Assembly: GCA_965140705.1 (NCBI GenBank)
Contig: OZ223300.1
Span: forward strand, 1,408,001 to 1,472,000
DNA length: 64,000 nt
Reading direction: 5' to 3'
Source: an uncultured Arcobacter sp.
GTDB lineage: Bacteria; Campylobacterota; Campylobacteria; Campylobacterales; Arcobacteraceae
Shown: positions 47,535 to 60,600 of the stretch, piece by piece
Position numbering within the stretch: position 1 is the first letter of the stretch
Layout: each line of letters starts with the position of its first letter
The notes under the pieces: model-generated
What the model was told of the DNA's origin: nothing
Database searches by the model: none
Seen by the model: the letters and a program-made list of their open reading frames with translations, nothing else
Program-made: the position numbers and the translations under genes

Positions 47535-48471
47535 AATTATTTTAGTATTTGTATTTCTATTTACTCTTCTTCAAGCTGATGAATTTGATGATGCAATAAA
47601 TTTTTACAAAAATAAAGAATATACAAAAGCGTATACTATATTTCATAAATTAGCCAATGAAAATAATCATAAAGCACAGTTTAATTTGGCTCAAATGTAT
47701 AAGAATGGATGGGGAGTTGAAAAGAATTATTTTCAAAGTTTCTATTGGTTAGAAAAATCTTCTGCATCAAATGATCCAAAGACCTTAAATAATTTGGCTT
47801 ATTATTATGAAAGAGGTTTGGGAACTAATAAAAATAAAAAAATGGCCTTGGAATTATATGAACAATCTGCCGATGAAGGTTATGCTATCGCCCAGTTTAA
47901 TTTGGCAATGTTATATGAAGAGTTTAATACAAATGAAGAGTTTTTAAAAAAAGCATTTGAATTATATAATAAATCTGCAAAGCAAGGTTTTATCCCTGCC
48001 CAAAACAATTTAGCAAGATTGTATTACTTTGGACAAGGTGTAAAAAAAGATTTAGATAAAGCCTTTTATTGGTATAAAACAGCTGCTAAAGTTGATAAAG
48101 ATGTTGCTGCTTTTAATCTTGCTTTGATGTATTATAATGGTGAGGGGACAAAAAAAGATTATGACAAAACCCTCTATTGGTTAAAAATATCTGCAAATTA
48201 TGGAAATAAGTTTGCACAAACACAATTAGCGGACTTTTATAGAGCAGGGGAGATACTTAATCAAAGTTATAAAGATGCTTTCTTTTGGTATTTTGAAGCA
48301 GCTGCAAATGGTTATGCTAAAGCAGAGTATTATGTGGGCTTGTTTTACTATGAAGGACATGGTGTAGAACAAGATAAAGGTACAGGACTTTTTTGGATGG
48401 AAAAATCAAAAAATCAAAATTATGTATTTGCTAAATCCTTTCTAGAAAGATTAAAAAATAATTCAAAATAA
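47521..48471 (+). CDS. Secreted Sel1-like repeat protein
   Basis: Signal peptide and repeated AQ.NLA..Y..G.GV.KD...A..W...A motifs. Start may be 47512 or 47521. Confidence 0.92.
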   Translation: MKINKIILVFVFLFTLLQADEFDDAINFYKNKEYTKAYTIFHKLANENNHKAQFNLAQMYKNGWGVEKNYFQSFYWLEKSSASNDPKTLNNLAYYYERGLGTNKNKKMALELYEQSADEGYAIAQFNLAMLYEEFNTNEEFLKKAFELYNKSAKQGFIPAQNNLARLYYFGQGVKKDLDKAFYWYKTAAKVDKDVAAFNLALMYYNGEGTKKDYDKTLYWLKISANYGNKFAQTQLADFYRAGEILNQSYKDAFFWYFEAAANGYAKAEYYVGLFYYEGHGVEQDKGTGLFWMEKSKNQNYVFAKSFLERLKNNSK

Positions 48472-48607
48472 ACCTTCTTTAACTGTAATAGACACGCCTC
48501 AAATAAAGATTACAAATAAATAACTAATTTAGATGTAATTTATTGAAAATTATAATTAAAAGAAGTTATTCTTAAGTTTATATAAGATTAAAAATTTAGT
48601 TTCTCTT

Positions 48608-48616
48608 TGCTATAAT
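48608..48616 (+). promoter_or_regulatory. Extended -10 promoter of the giant RTX gene
   Basis: TGCTATAAT 30 nt upstream of the TTG start. Confidence 0.55.
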
Positions 48617-48646
48617 ATAGTATAAACTAGCGCAGAGGTTTTAAAA

Positions 48647-51600
48647 TTGGCAACTAATAATCAATCAACTCAAACAGCACAAAAAATCAATCCCCAAACA
48701 AGTGATGTCACACTAAATGATAAAAATATTTTAGATTACAAAAGTGATAAAGTTGTTATTAAAGAGCAACCTGACAAAGGAGAGAATGTTGCTGTTTATG
48801 TTCGTCCTGGTGATGAAGTTGATTATGATATTAATGGCCTTAATATTGATAAGTTGGATTATCGTTTAGTTGGTGGTGATATTGTTGTTACTATGCCCAA
48901 AGGTGGACATTTAACTTTTGTATCTATGGCCTTAATGGGATATAGTGATAACCCTCCATCTTTTAAAGGAGTAGGTGGGCAAAGTTTTTCTTTAGGACAA
49001 GTTCTATCTCAAGTTGAAGAAGTAAATGACTTACCAATGAACTCTTTACCTGTTGAAGCTGATATTCAACATGAAGATAAAGTAAAAAAAATTGTTGATG
49101 AATTAGAAGAGAAGATTGAAAAAGTCAATCAAATTATTGTAGAACAAGAGATTATGAACGAAAATGATCATAAAGATGATATGGTTTCTAATTTTGATTT
49201 TTCTGAACCTCCTACTCCTAATAAAGAACCTGAAGAAAATCAATATACAAATGATGATCCTAGTAATCCCATAGTAACTCCTGGAGAAAATGCAAAAGTA
49301 GAGGGTGTATTACCTACTCTTACTTTTGATATTAATATTCAACATATTGAAAGTACTCAAGAAATAACAGGTACTGGTACAAATACTCTTTTATCTGTTA
49401 TAGGAGGTGGAGGTTCTCTTTATGCAAATGACTATCCAAGTTCTCCTGCTTTAAGTGAACTTCAAAAACAGACAAATGCCGAGGATTTAGATTATTCTTC
49501 TGTTACAAATAGTATTGCTAAAAAATCTGTAATAACAGCAGATAATCCAGATTTTTTTGGAGAAAATTATACTTCTAGATTAATAAAATTATCCCCTTCT
49601 CAACCTGCAGGATTTGGAGTTACAGTAATAAAAGTAAGTGGTTTACCAGGTGATGTTTCGATTGTAGGAGGTACTGCACAAGGTAATGGTGTTTGGCTTA
49701 TTAATAAAGCTGATGCATTAAATGGTGGTTTTACTGTAAATCCAAATAATGGTGAGATTAATTTTGCAATAAAATATAATACAAATATTGTTGGCTCTGA
49801 AAATTTTGAGATGACAATAGAGGCTGAGTCTGTATGGAGTTTAGATAATGTTCCTGATAGTTTAAAAGCTGATGCTAAAGAACCAGTTTTAACTAGTATT
49901 ACCTTTGAAAATAGTTATGGTGTTAATATAAAAGAAGTTGATCCTGATTCTCCATTAAGCTATAGATATTCTCAAGTTGGTGATAATTCAGATGGATTTG
50001 TTTTAGCTACAAATTTAAATGATAATATTATTAGAACAGGTGATATAGATACTACGGTAATAGGTGGTAGCACTACTGATACAATTTTTGCACAAAGTGG
50101 TGCTGATACACTTAATGGAAATAAAGGTGATGATACTATTGCTCCTGGACTTGGGGATGATACAGTTGATGGTGGAGAGGGTAATGATACTGTTTCTTAT
50201 TCAAACTTGGCTGTTTCAAATGTAGGAGCAGGCGTTGAAGTAGATTTAGATGCACAAAAAGCAGTTGGATCAGGAAATGATACTTTAATCAGTATAGAAA
50301 ACATAATTGGAAGTAGTTTTAGAGATACTCTTTTTGGTAATGATGCTGTAAATATAATTAACGGTGGTGCAGGAAACGACACTATTGATGGTGGATTAGG
50401 AGATGATACACTTTTAGGTGATGCAGGTGATGACACTATAAAAAGTGGTTTTGGTGACAATTATATTGATGGTGGAGTTGGAACTAATACGGTTGATTAC
50501 ACTGATTTAAGCTCTGGAGTAAATGTAAAACTTTTAAGTCCAACTGCAGTAGGTTTTGGTGAAACATGGGGAGAAGCTACTTCAAATACAGGAGTTGATA
50601 AGTTAATCAATATTCAAAATGTTATTGGAAGTAAGTTCGATGATACTTTTAGTGGTGCAGATAATACTAATAATATTTTTGATGGTAATGAAGGAAGTGA
50701 TCTTGTTGATTACAGTTTATATACTTCAAATGCAATAAATGCAAATTTAGAAGAAGGTTGGGTTTTAGGTCAAGGAACAGACACTTTAAAAAAAATTGAG
50801 GCTATTAGAGGGACAGATTTATTAGCTTTTGGTGATACTATTATTGGTTCATCTACTCTTGGCAATACAATTTATGGTATGGCTGGAAATGATACTATCA
50901 AAGGAGTTGGTGGCAATAATACCTTAGATGCAGGCGCTGGAGATGATATTATTTTTAGTGGCACAGGAGATGATATTATTGATGGAGGTACTGGAAATAA
51001 TACTCTTTCTTTTGAAGATATAACAACAGGTGGTGTAACAGTAAGATTAAGTGATACTTCTTCTCAAGATACAGGAAGTGCTGGAAATGATACAATAAAA
51101 AATATACAAAATCTTAAAGGAACAACTTCTAGTGATATCCTTGGTGGTACAGCAAATGATGTAAATATTTTAGATGGACTTGGAGGAAATGACACTGCTG
51201 ATTATAGTTTTCTAAATAGGATAAATAGTGATCAAGGAATATCTGCAAACTTAATTGATGGAACTGTTGATAAAGGTAAAAGTTCACCTGATCAAGTTAT
51301 AAGTATAGAAAATATTATTGGAACCAAAGGAAAAGATGTTTTCATAGGTAATAATTTTGCTAATATTTTTGATGGTGGGGAAGGTGATGATACCTTTACT
51401 GGTAATGGTGGAGATAATACCTTAAAAGGTGGTAGCGGTTCTGATACTGTAATTTATAGTGGTGCAAGTTTTGGAGTAGACTTATCACTTGATAATAGTG
51501 GAAATGGAAGTGCCATAATAGGATCACAAACTGATACTTTAGAATCTATAGAAAATGTAATAGGTTCAAACTATGCAGATACCTTGGTTTCAAATGATAC

Positions 51601-54600
51601 TAATAACATGTCAAATACTTTCAAAGGTGGACTAGGGAATGATACTCTAGATGGTGGAAGTGGTAATGACTATTTATATGGTGAAACTGGTGATGATACA
51701 ATTATCGCAAGTAGTGGAAGTGATTTTATTGATGGTGGAAGTACCGGTGAAGTTTTAGGTGATACTATTGATTTTAGTAATATTAACCAAAAAATTGAGT
51801 TAACATTAGCAGAAGATGGTAGTGCTTCTAGGGTAAAGGAAGGTGACTCTAAAACTTTAACTCACACTATTTATAATATTGAAAATATAACTGCAAGTGA
51901 TTTGGATAGTACTCTTTCTGGTAATAGTAAAAATAATACACTTCTAGGTGGTGCTGGAGATGATACTTTAAGTGGTGGAGCTGGAACAAATTATCTTGAT
52001 GGTAAAGGTGGAGTAAATACTGTTGATTATAGTAGTGCTTCAAGTAATGTTACAGTTGATTTAAGTAAAACATCTCTTCAAGAAGTTTATACTCAAGGTG
52101 TCACTACAGTAAAAGATACTTTAATAAATATTCAAAATGTAATTGGAAGTAACAACAAAGATATTATCACTGGTAGCAGTTCAAACAATTCACTTTTTGG
52201 TGGTTTAGGTGATGATACTATAGTTGGAAGTGATGGGAATGATACTTTAGATGGTGGAGATGGTATTGATGTTGCTAGTTATACAACAGCCACTGAAAAT
52301 TTAAATATTGATTTAGGTGTTACAACTCCTGTTAGCATAGGTACGGGATATGGTACTGATACTTTTATATCTATTGAAGGTGCTATTGGTGGTAGTGGAA
52401 ATGACACTATTACGGGAACAAGTAGTTCAAATGTACTAATAGGTGGAGATGGAGATGATACTTTACTTCCTAATGGTAGTGGTAATACTGGATTAGATGT
52501 TATTGATGGGGGAGCTGGAGTAGATTTTGTAAGCTTTGATTTTGGGGATGCCAATACAGGGATAACTTTAGATTTAGCTGATTCTGGTGTACAAAATACT
52601 GGAAAAGGTAATGTTCAAATACTAAATGTAGAAAATGTAGAAGGTGGCGGTGGAGCTGATAAATTATATGGAAATAGTAGTGGCAATACTCTTACTGGAT
52701 TAGCAGGTGATGATACTTTAGTTGGTCGTGCAGGAAATAATACTCTTGATGGGGGAATAGGTTTTGATACTGCTGATTATAGTGGAGTTACAACTTTAAA
52801 TGGTTTAAATATAAATTTAAACCTAGGAAATGAACAAGTTCAAGAAAATGGAAACTCTGGGAAAGATACCTTAATTGGTATTGAAAAAATAATAGCTACT
52901 AAAAATAGTGATTACATCGATGCTACAAGAATTAGTACAGATAAGATGACTTTTGAATTAGGTGCAGGAAATGATACTTTCCATGGTGGTAATCAAAATA
53001 ATATTATTTATACATCAAGACAAGTAGAAGGCTCTGATGATTATACTACATACAATAATACAGTTTATAGTGGTAGTGGAAGTGATACTGTTATTGGAAG
53101 TAGTGGAAATGATACTTTTATTGTAGCTCAAAGTGATACCTTATCTAGTAATGGAAATGATAGTTTTAATGGTGTAAGTGGAATAAACACAATAGATTAT
53201 AGTCAAATTTTAGATAGTGATAACAAAGAAGAAACTGGTGGATTGAATGTAACTTTAGATGGTTCAAATACAGTTAATATCACATTATCTGGTGGAAATA
53301 CAAATACAATTCAAAATGTATCTCATCTTATAGGTACTGAAAATAGTGATACCTTTATTGGTGATAGTTTTAATAATATTTTAGATGGAAGTGGCGGAAG
53401 TGATACTATTTTTGGAACTGCTGGAAATAATACCCTAAGCGGTGGAAGTGGAAATGACAGTATAACTGGTGGTACAGAAATTGATACTATTTATAGTGGT
53501 TTAGATAATGATACTATTTTTAGTAGTACAGGAAATGATACTATTTATGGGGGAGATGGTTCTGATACTTTTGATTTAAGTAGTAGAAATGGAGAAGTAT
53601 TTGTAAATTTAGCTGAAAATAGATCTAAAATTGATACAAATAATAATGGCAGTTTTGATGTAAATGATGAAAATGATTTACTTTATGACATAGAAAAAGT
53701 TGTAGGAAATAGTTCAGATAATACCTTATATGGTGATTCTCTTAATAATATCTTAGATGGTGGAAGTGCTGGTACAAACTCTTTATATGGTAATGGTGGA
53801 GATGATACTCTTATTGGGAGTGGTTCAGGGAAAGATATTGCTTATTATATCCAAGCAAGTGCTGCAATTTATGTAGATATGACTCAGAGTGAACAAGTAG
53901 TTCGAGATGGTGATTTAGGTAGTGATACTTTAATTGATATTGATGAAGTACATGGAAGTATTTATGCAGATACTTTTAAAGGAAATAGTGATAACAATAC
54001 TCTAAGAGGTCTTATTGGTAATGATACATTTTATAGTAGTGCTGGTACTAATGTTTATGATGGTGGAGCTGATAATGATTTATTTATTATTTCATCAAAA
54101 GACCATGGTCAAGACCAATTATTAGGTGGAACGGGTAGTGATACAGTTGATTTTAGTGCTATTACAGGGTTGACGACAAAAGGTTTGGAAGTAACGTTAA
54201 ATGGTAATAGTGAAGCTTCTTCCACTTTAAATGATGTTGCTTCACATAAATTAACTGGCATAGAAAATGTTATAGGTACAATTTATAATGACACAATAAC
54301 TGGTGATGCAAATAATAATATCTTAAGTGGTTTTGCTGGAAATAATACTCTTATTGGTGGAGCAGGTGATGATACTTTAAAAGGTGGAACAGGTAGTGAT
54401 GTTGCTAGTTATGAAACTTCTACTGATGGTATAAAAGTAGACCTAACTCAAACAAATTTTCAAGTTACAGATGATGGCTTATTGGGTAGAGATAAGTTAA
54501 TTAATATTGATACTATTATAGGAAGTAATTACTCAGATACTCTTAAAGGAAGTGACTCATCAGCTGATACCTTTATTGGTGGTACAGGAGACGATTGGTT

Positions 54601-57600
54601 TATTGCTTCTGCTGGAGCTGATTATTATGAAGGTGGAGCAACTAGTAGTGATACTGTTGATTATAGTGGAGCAACAACAAAACTTGTAATAGATATAAAT
54701 GATGGTTCTAAATATATAAATTCATTTTATGGTACACATGAATTTACAAATATTAATGGAATTGTTGGTGGTAGTGAAGATGATACTCTTACTGGTAATA
54801 GTAGGAAAAACACATTAATTGGTGGAAGTGGAGATGATACTCTTTTAGGTTTTGGTGGGCAAGATTATATTGATGGTGGTATAGGAAGTGATTTTGTAAG
54901 TTTTGCTTATACTTCTAGAGATATTACACTTGATTTATCAAATATAAATGAACAAAGTTATACTAGTGACCCAAATGATTTAATTACAATGATTAGTATG
55001 GAAAATATTACTGGTGGTGCTGGTAATGATACAATAAAAGGTAACAACTCTAATAATATACTTGATGGAGGGTATGGAGCTGACACTTTAAGTGGATTAG
55101 GTGGAATTAATGAGTTAAAAGGTGGTATGAATGGTTATGAATTAAGCCTTGGTACTATTTCAGATGGTACAACTTATAGTTTTGTCATTGAGGGACAAAC
55201 TATTTCATATACAGCAAATGCAAGTGATACCTTAACCACTGTACTTAATAATTTAGAAGATGCTTTTATTTTGTCAAAAACTAATAATAATATAACAAGT
55301 TCAAATCTTGTAAATGATGATGCAAAACTATATCTTGAAACAGACCAAAGCCTTGGAAGTGTTTCAAATGTAACTTCTGATACTAAAAACTTTGTAGATA
55401 TTGCAGATTATAGTGAGAATACAAGTGGAATAAAAGTTGATTTATCTTTGACTCAAGATCCAAACTATCAAGTATATTACAATGGATATACAGGTGGAAA
55501 AGATAAACTTGTAGATATAGAAGAGATTTGGGGAACAAACTATTCTGATACTTTTGTGGGAAGTAATAGTGCTGATACTATAAAAGGTGGAGGAGGAAGT
55601 GATACTTTCACTGGTGGAACTGGAAATGATACCTTCTATGGAGAAGCAGGTGAAGATTTATTTATAAGCTCATATGATGATGGAAATAATGTATATTATG
55701 GTGGAACAACTAATGAAACAAATGGTGATACTGTAGATTATAGTGGTATTACTGATACAACACATTATGTTGATGGTGATTTATCCTCTGGAACTATTTC
55801 TGTAAAATTAACAAGTGATGATTCAGTAGTTAAAACAGATACTATAACAAATATTGAAAACCTAACAGGTGGTGCTGGTAACGATACTTTAATAGGTGAT
55901 ACGAATAAAAACACCATAAAAGGTGGTGCAGGTAACGATAGTATTTTAGTTAGTGCTGGTGCAGATAGATTATATGGAGAGGCTGGAGATGATATTTTTA
56001 TTTTTCAAGATGGAATTGATGGCACTGGTACAATTATAGATGGGGGGAATACTTCTCAAACTAATGGGGATACAATAGATTATAGTGCTTTAACTGATGG
56101 TGTAACATTAAGATTAATGGACTCTACATATAGTGGAGTAACCTTAGGCGTTAATGCAAATAATCATAGTATTAGAAATATCAATAATATTGTTGGTTCA
56201 CAAGGTAATGATACTATTGAAGGTGATAGCACTAATAATATTTTAGATGGAAATGCAGGCTTAAGTGATACTATAAGTTTTGAAAATGCAGGTTCAAAAG
56301 TAGTAGTAAATATTGGTTCTGACGTTACAATCTCAAATGCACCAACAGCAAATGGTACATATAGTGCTAATCAAGCCTTAGGTACTACAATAGGTACTGA
56401 TACTGTAAAAAACTTTGAAAATATAAAAGCTGGAAGTGGAGATGATACCTTAATTGGTAGTTCTATTCAAAATATAATTTATGGTGGAATTGGGCAAGAT
56501 TTTATTTTTGGTGCTGCTGGTGATGATAAACTTTTTGGTGAAGATGGTAATGATACCCTTGCTGGTGGATTGGGAAATGACTCCATTGATGGAGGGGAAG
56601 GAACAGATACAGTTAGTTATTTTGATGCTACTAGTGTAGTTGTAAACTTACGAGGTACAACAAATGGTACAGGAAATGTAAATTATTCAAGTACAACTTA
56701 TACGGACAAACTTTATAGTGTCGAAAATGTTATAGGAAGTTCGGGAAATGATACTATTCAAGGAAATGACGCTGATAATACTCTTGATGGAGCAGGTGGA
56801 GTAAATACTGTAAGTTATGATGGAGCAGTAGCTGGTGTTACTATTGACTTAGGGATAACAGGACCTCAAAATACCTTAGGTGATGGAACAGATACTTTGT
56901 TAAATTTTGATAATTTAATTGGTTCTGGTAATGATGATATATTAAAAGGAAATAGTAACTCAAATATTATAAATGGTGGCAATGGAGCTGATACTATATA
57001 TGGAATTGGAGGAGCTAATTTTTTATATGGTGGGCTAGGAGATGATACTTTTATAGGAAAAGTTCTAGGAAGCGATTTTATTGATGGTGAAAGTGGAAAT
57101 GATAAAGTTAATTATAGCACTTTACTTAGTGCTAACAATATCACTGTAGATTTAGGTAATACAACAACTTTCAATGATGAAAATGCTAACTCTCAAACAG
57201 TATATCAAATCACTATCAATGGTGGAGATAGTGATTATGTTAAAAATATTACTACCTTTGAGGGAAGTCAAGGTGATGATAGTTTTATAACAACTACTGG
57301 TACTTATAGCTTTATTGGTGGAAGTGGTGATGATACTTTTAGTGGTAGTTCATTTACTGGTTCTTCAATAGATGGTTCTAATCATACAATTCTATCAGAT
57401 GGTACACAAGGTGCTACAAATGCTTATACAGGAAAAGGTGACACTGTAGATTATAGTAATGTTGTAGATAAAATTATTTTAACATTAGAAAATGGAAGTG
57501 ATACTACAACTGTAAAAGTTGGAGGAACAGACTCAGATCACACTATTAAAAATATAGAAAATATTTATGGTTCAAATACAGCAGGTGATACTATCACTGG

Positions 57601-60600
57601 AAATAATTCAAATAATACGATTTTGGGACAAGCTGGAGATGATACTATTGATGGAGGAAATGGCTCTAACTATTTAGATGGTGGAACAAATGATACAAAA
57701 GGAGATACTGTCTCTTTTGTAAGTGCCGCAAACTCAATTAGTGTAAATATTGGTTCATCAGATGTTGTAATAGCTGGTACAACATATACAGCAAATAATT
57801 CACAACTAGGTTCAAATACAAGTACTGTTAAATCTTTTGAAAATATATTAGGTTCTAGTTATGATGATATTTTAATAGGTAGTGATTTATCAAATACAAT
57901 TGATGGTTCTGACGGAAATGATGTTATTTATGGTGGAAAAGGTAATAACATCTTAAAAGGTGGAACTGGTTCCGATAACTTTTTAATGGGTGGTTTCTTT
58001 GGTAGTGGAAATGATTATATAAATAAAGTTGATGGTGAAAGTGGTGCTGATACTATTGATTATAGTTTAATTACTACTGGTTCAATTAGTGTAACACTAG
58101 ATGGAGAAGAAGAAGCACAAGTTTCTATTTATAGTGATGATGATAGAAGTTCACTTATTACAAATACATATGACCTTATAAAAAATATAAGAAATATAGT
58201 TGGAACTAGTGGAAATGACTCTATCAAAGGTGATGGTAGTGCTAATGAATTGTACGGTGGTTTGGGAGATGATATTCTTGATGGTGCTTCAGGAGATGAT
58301 AAACTTTATGGTGGAGAAGGAAATGACACTTTAGTAAGTGTAAGTGGAAATAATATTCTTGATGGTGGTAATAATAGTGCAAATGGAGATTGGGTTTGGT
58401 ATTCACAAAAATTATTAGCACTTAATTTAAATATGTCAGATGTTGATGGCAGTGGATATTCAACAGCAGATTTTGGTGCAGAAAAAGATAGGATAATAAG
58501 AGTTGAAAATATCAAAGGTACTAGCTACGCAGATTTTATAGGTGGAAATAGTTCTAATAATATACTTGATGCTTTTAGAGGTGATGGAAATATTCTTGTA
58601 GGAAGTGCAGGGAATGATACACTTTTAGGAAGTAGTACTGGAAGTGATACTTTTAAAGCAGGAATCTTACAATCAGATGATTCAACAATTGATGGTAACG
58701 ATGGAAGTAATCTAATTGATGGTGTTGGTGGAAGTTCTAATACAGTTGATTATAGTGCTTATGCAAGTAATAGAAATATTGAAGTTGATTTAAAAGATAG
58801 TGGTAGTTCAACAGTTACTAAAAAATTAGATAATACAACTTTTGGAATAGATACTTTAAATAATATTCAGAATATTACAGGTGGAATGGGTGATGATACA
58901 ATTTCAGGTAATAATCAAGATAACATCTTAAAAGGTGGTGCTGGTTCTGATACAATTAAAGGTAGTGCTGGAAATAATGAACTTTATGGTGAAGCAGGAG
59001 ATGATTTACTAATTAGTGGTAGTGGAAATGATATTATTGATGGTGGAGCTGGTAATAATACTGTAAGTTATCAAGATGCAACAGGTAATGTGACAGTGGA
59101 TCTATCTGATACAAATGCACAAGTAATATCAGGAGGAATGGGAACAGATACTTTAAGTTTAGTTCAAAATGCCATTGGTGGAGATTATGATGATACAATC
59201 ACAGGAAATACACAATCAAATACTATTATTGGTGGCTTAGGTGATGATGATTTCATTGCAACAAATGGAGCTGATACTTATTATGGTGGAGATTTAGATG
59301 CAAATGGTAATCATAGTGTTGCAAGTGGAGAGTATAATAAAGTTGATTATGGCAATGTTGAGAAAGTATATGTTGATTTAAGTACAAAATTAACAGATGC
59401 AGATGGCAATGTATATTCTCAAGCACTAAAATCAAATAGTTCTAATACAGCAGATGGATTTTCAAATCCATATTTAGAATCTACTGATAAACTTTATGGA
59501 ATTATAAATGTAAATGGTAGTGACAATTCAGATACACTTATTGGAGATAGTCAAGGTAATGAATTAAGTGGAAAAGCAGGAAATGATATTCTTGAAGGAA
59601 AAGATGGAGCTGATAATCTTTTAGGTGGAGCTGGTAATGATACTATTATTGCTACAAGTGCTTCAGATGGAATTGATACTATCGATGGTGGAGCAAATAG
59701 TGATACAATAGATTACAGTAAATTAGGAAGCTTAAATTCTATTTCAGTTAATTTAAAAGAGGCAGATACTAATACAACTCTTTATGTTACTGGTGGAGAT
59801 AACGATTTAATTAAAAATGTAGAAAATGTTATTGGAACAGCTGGTGATGATACTATTTTTGGTAATAGTGAAGATAATACTTTAAAAGGTGGTTTGGGTG
59901 CAGATATACTATCTGGTGCAGGTGGTGATGATACTCTAGATGGTGGAGATGGATTTGATACGGTTGATTATAGTGCCTCTTCAGATGCAGTTACTGTTGA
60001 TTTAGATATTACAAATACAGATCAAAATATAAGTACTTCTCAAGGTAATGATAGATTAATTAGTATAGAAAAAGTTATTGGCTCAAGTCATGCGGATACT
60101 TTTAAAACAAATTATAGTAGTAATAATACTTTTGATGGTGGAGTAGCTGATTCAGAAGGTGGAGATACAGTTGATTATAGCTCTTTAAATGTAGATGATG
60201 CAACAATTGATAAAATAGTAACTAATGATTTCTCAACTATTACAGTTTCAAGTGATAGTGCAAATGATTCTGCTGGAACAGCTAATATTACAGATACCTT
60301 TATAAATATTGAAAATATTATTGGAAGTGCAGGAAATGATACTATCTTTGGAAATGCTTCTGATAATACTATAAAAGGTGGATTGGGAGATGATACTTTA
60401 AGTGGAGCTTCTGGGAATGATTATATTGATGGTGAAGATGGAAGTAATACTGTAAGTTATTCATATGTAACAACAACTAGTGGTGTAGTAGTTGATATGA
60501 AAGATAATACAGGTATTGTATCTATTGGAGATGAAGATACACTTGTTAATATTCAAAATGTAATTGGTACAAAAAATTCTGATACTATTAAAATGGGAAC

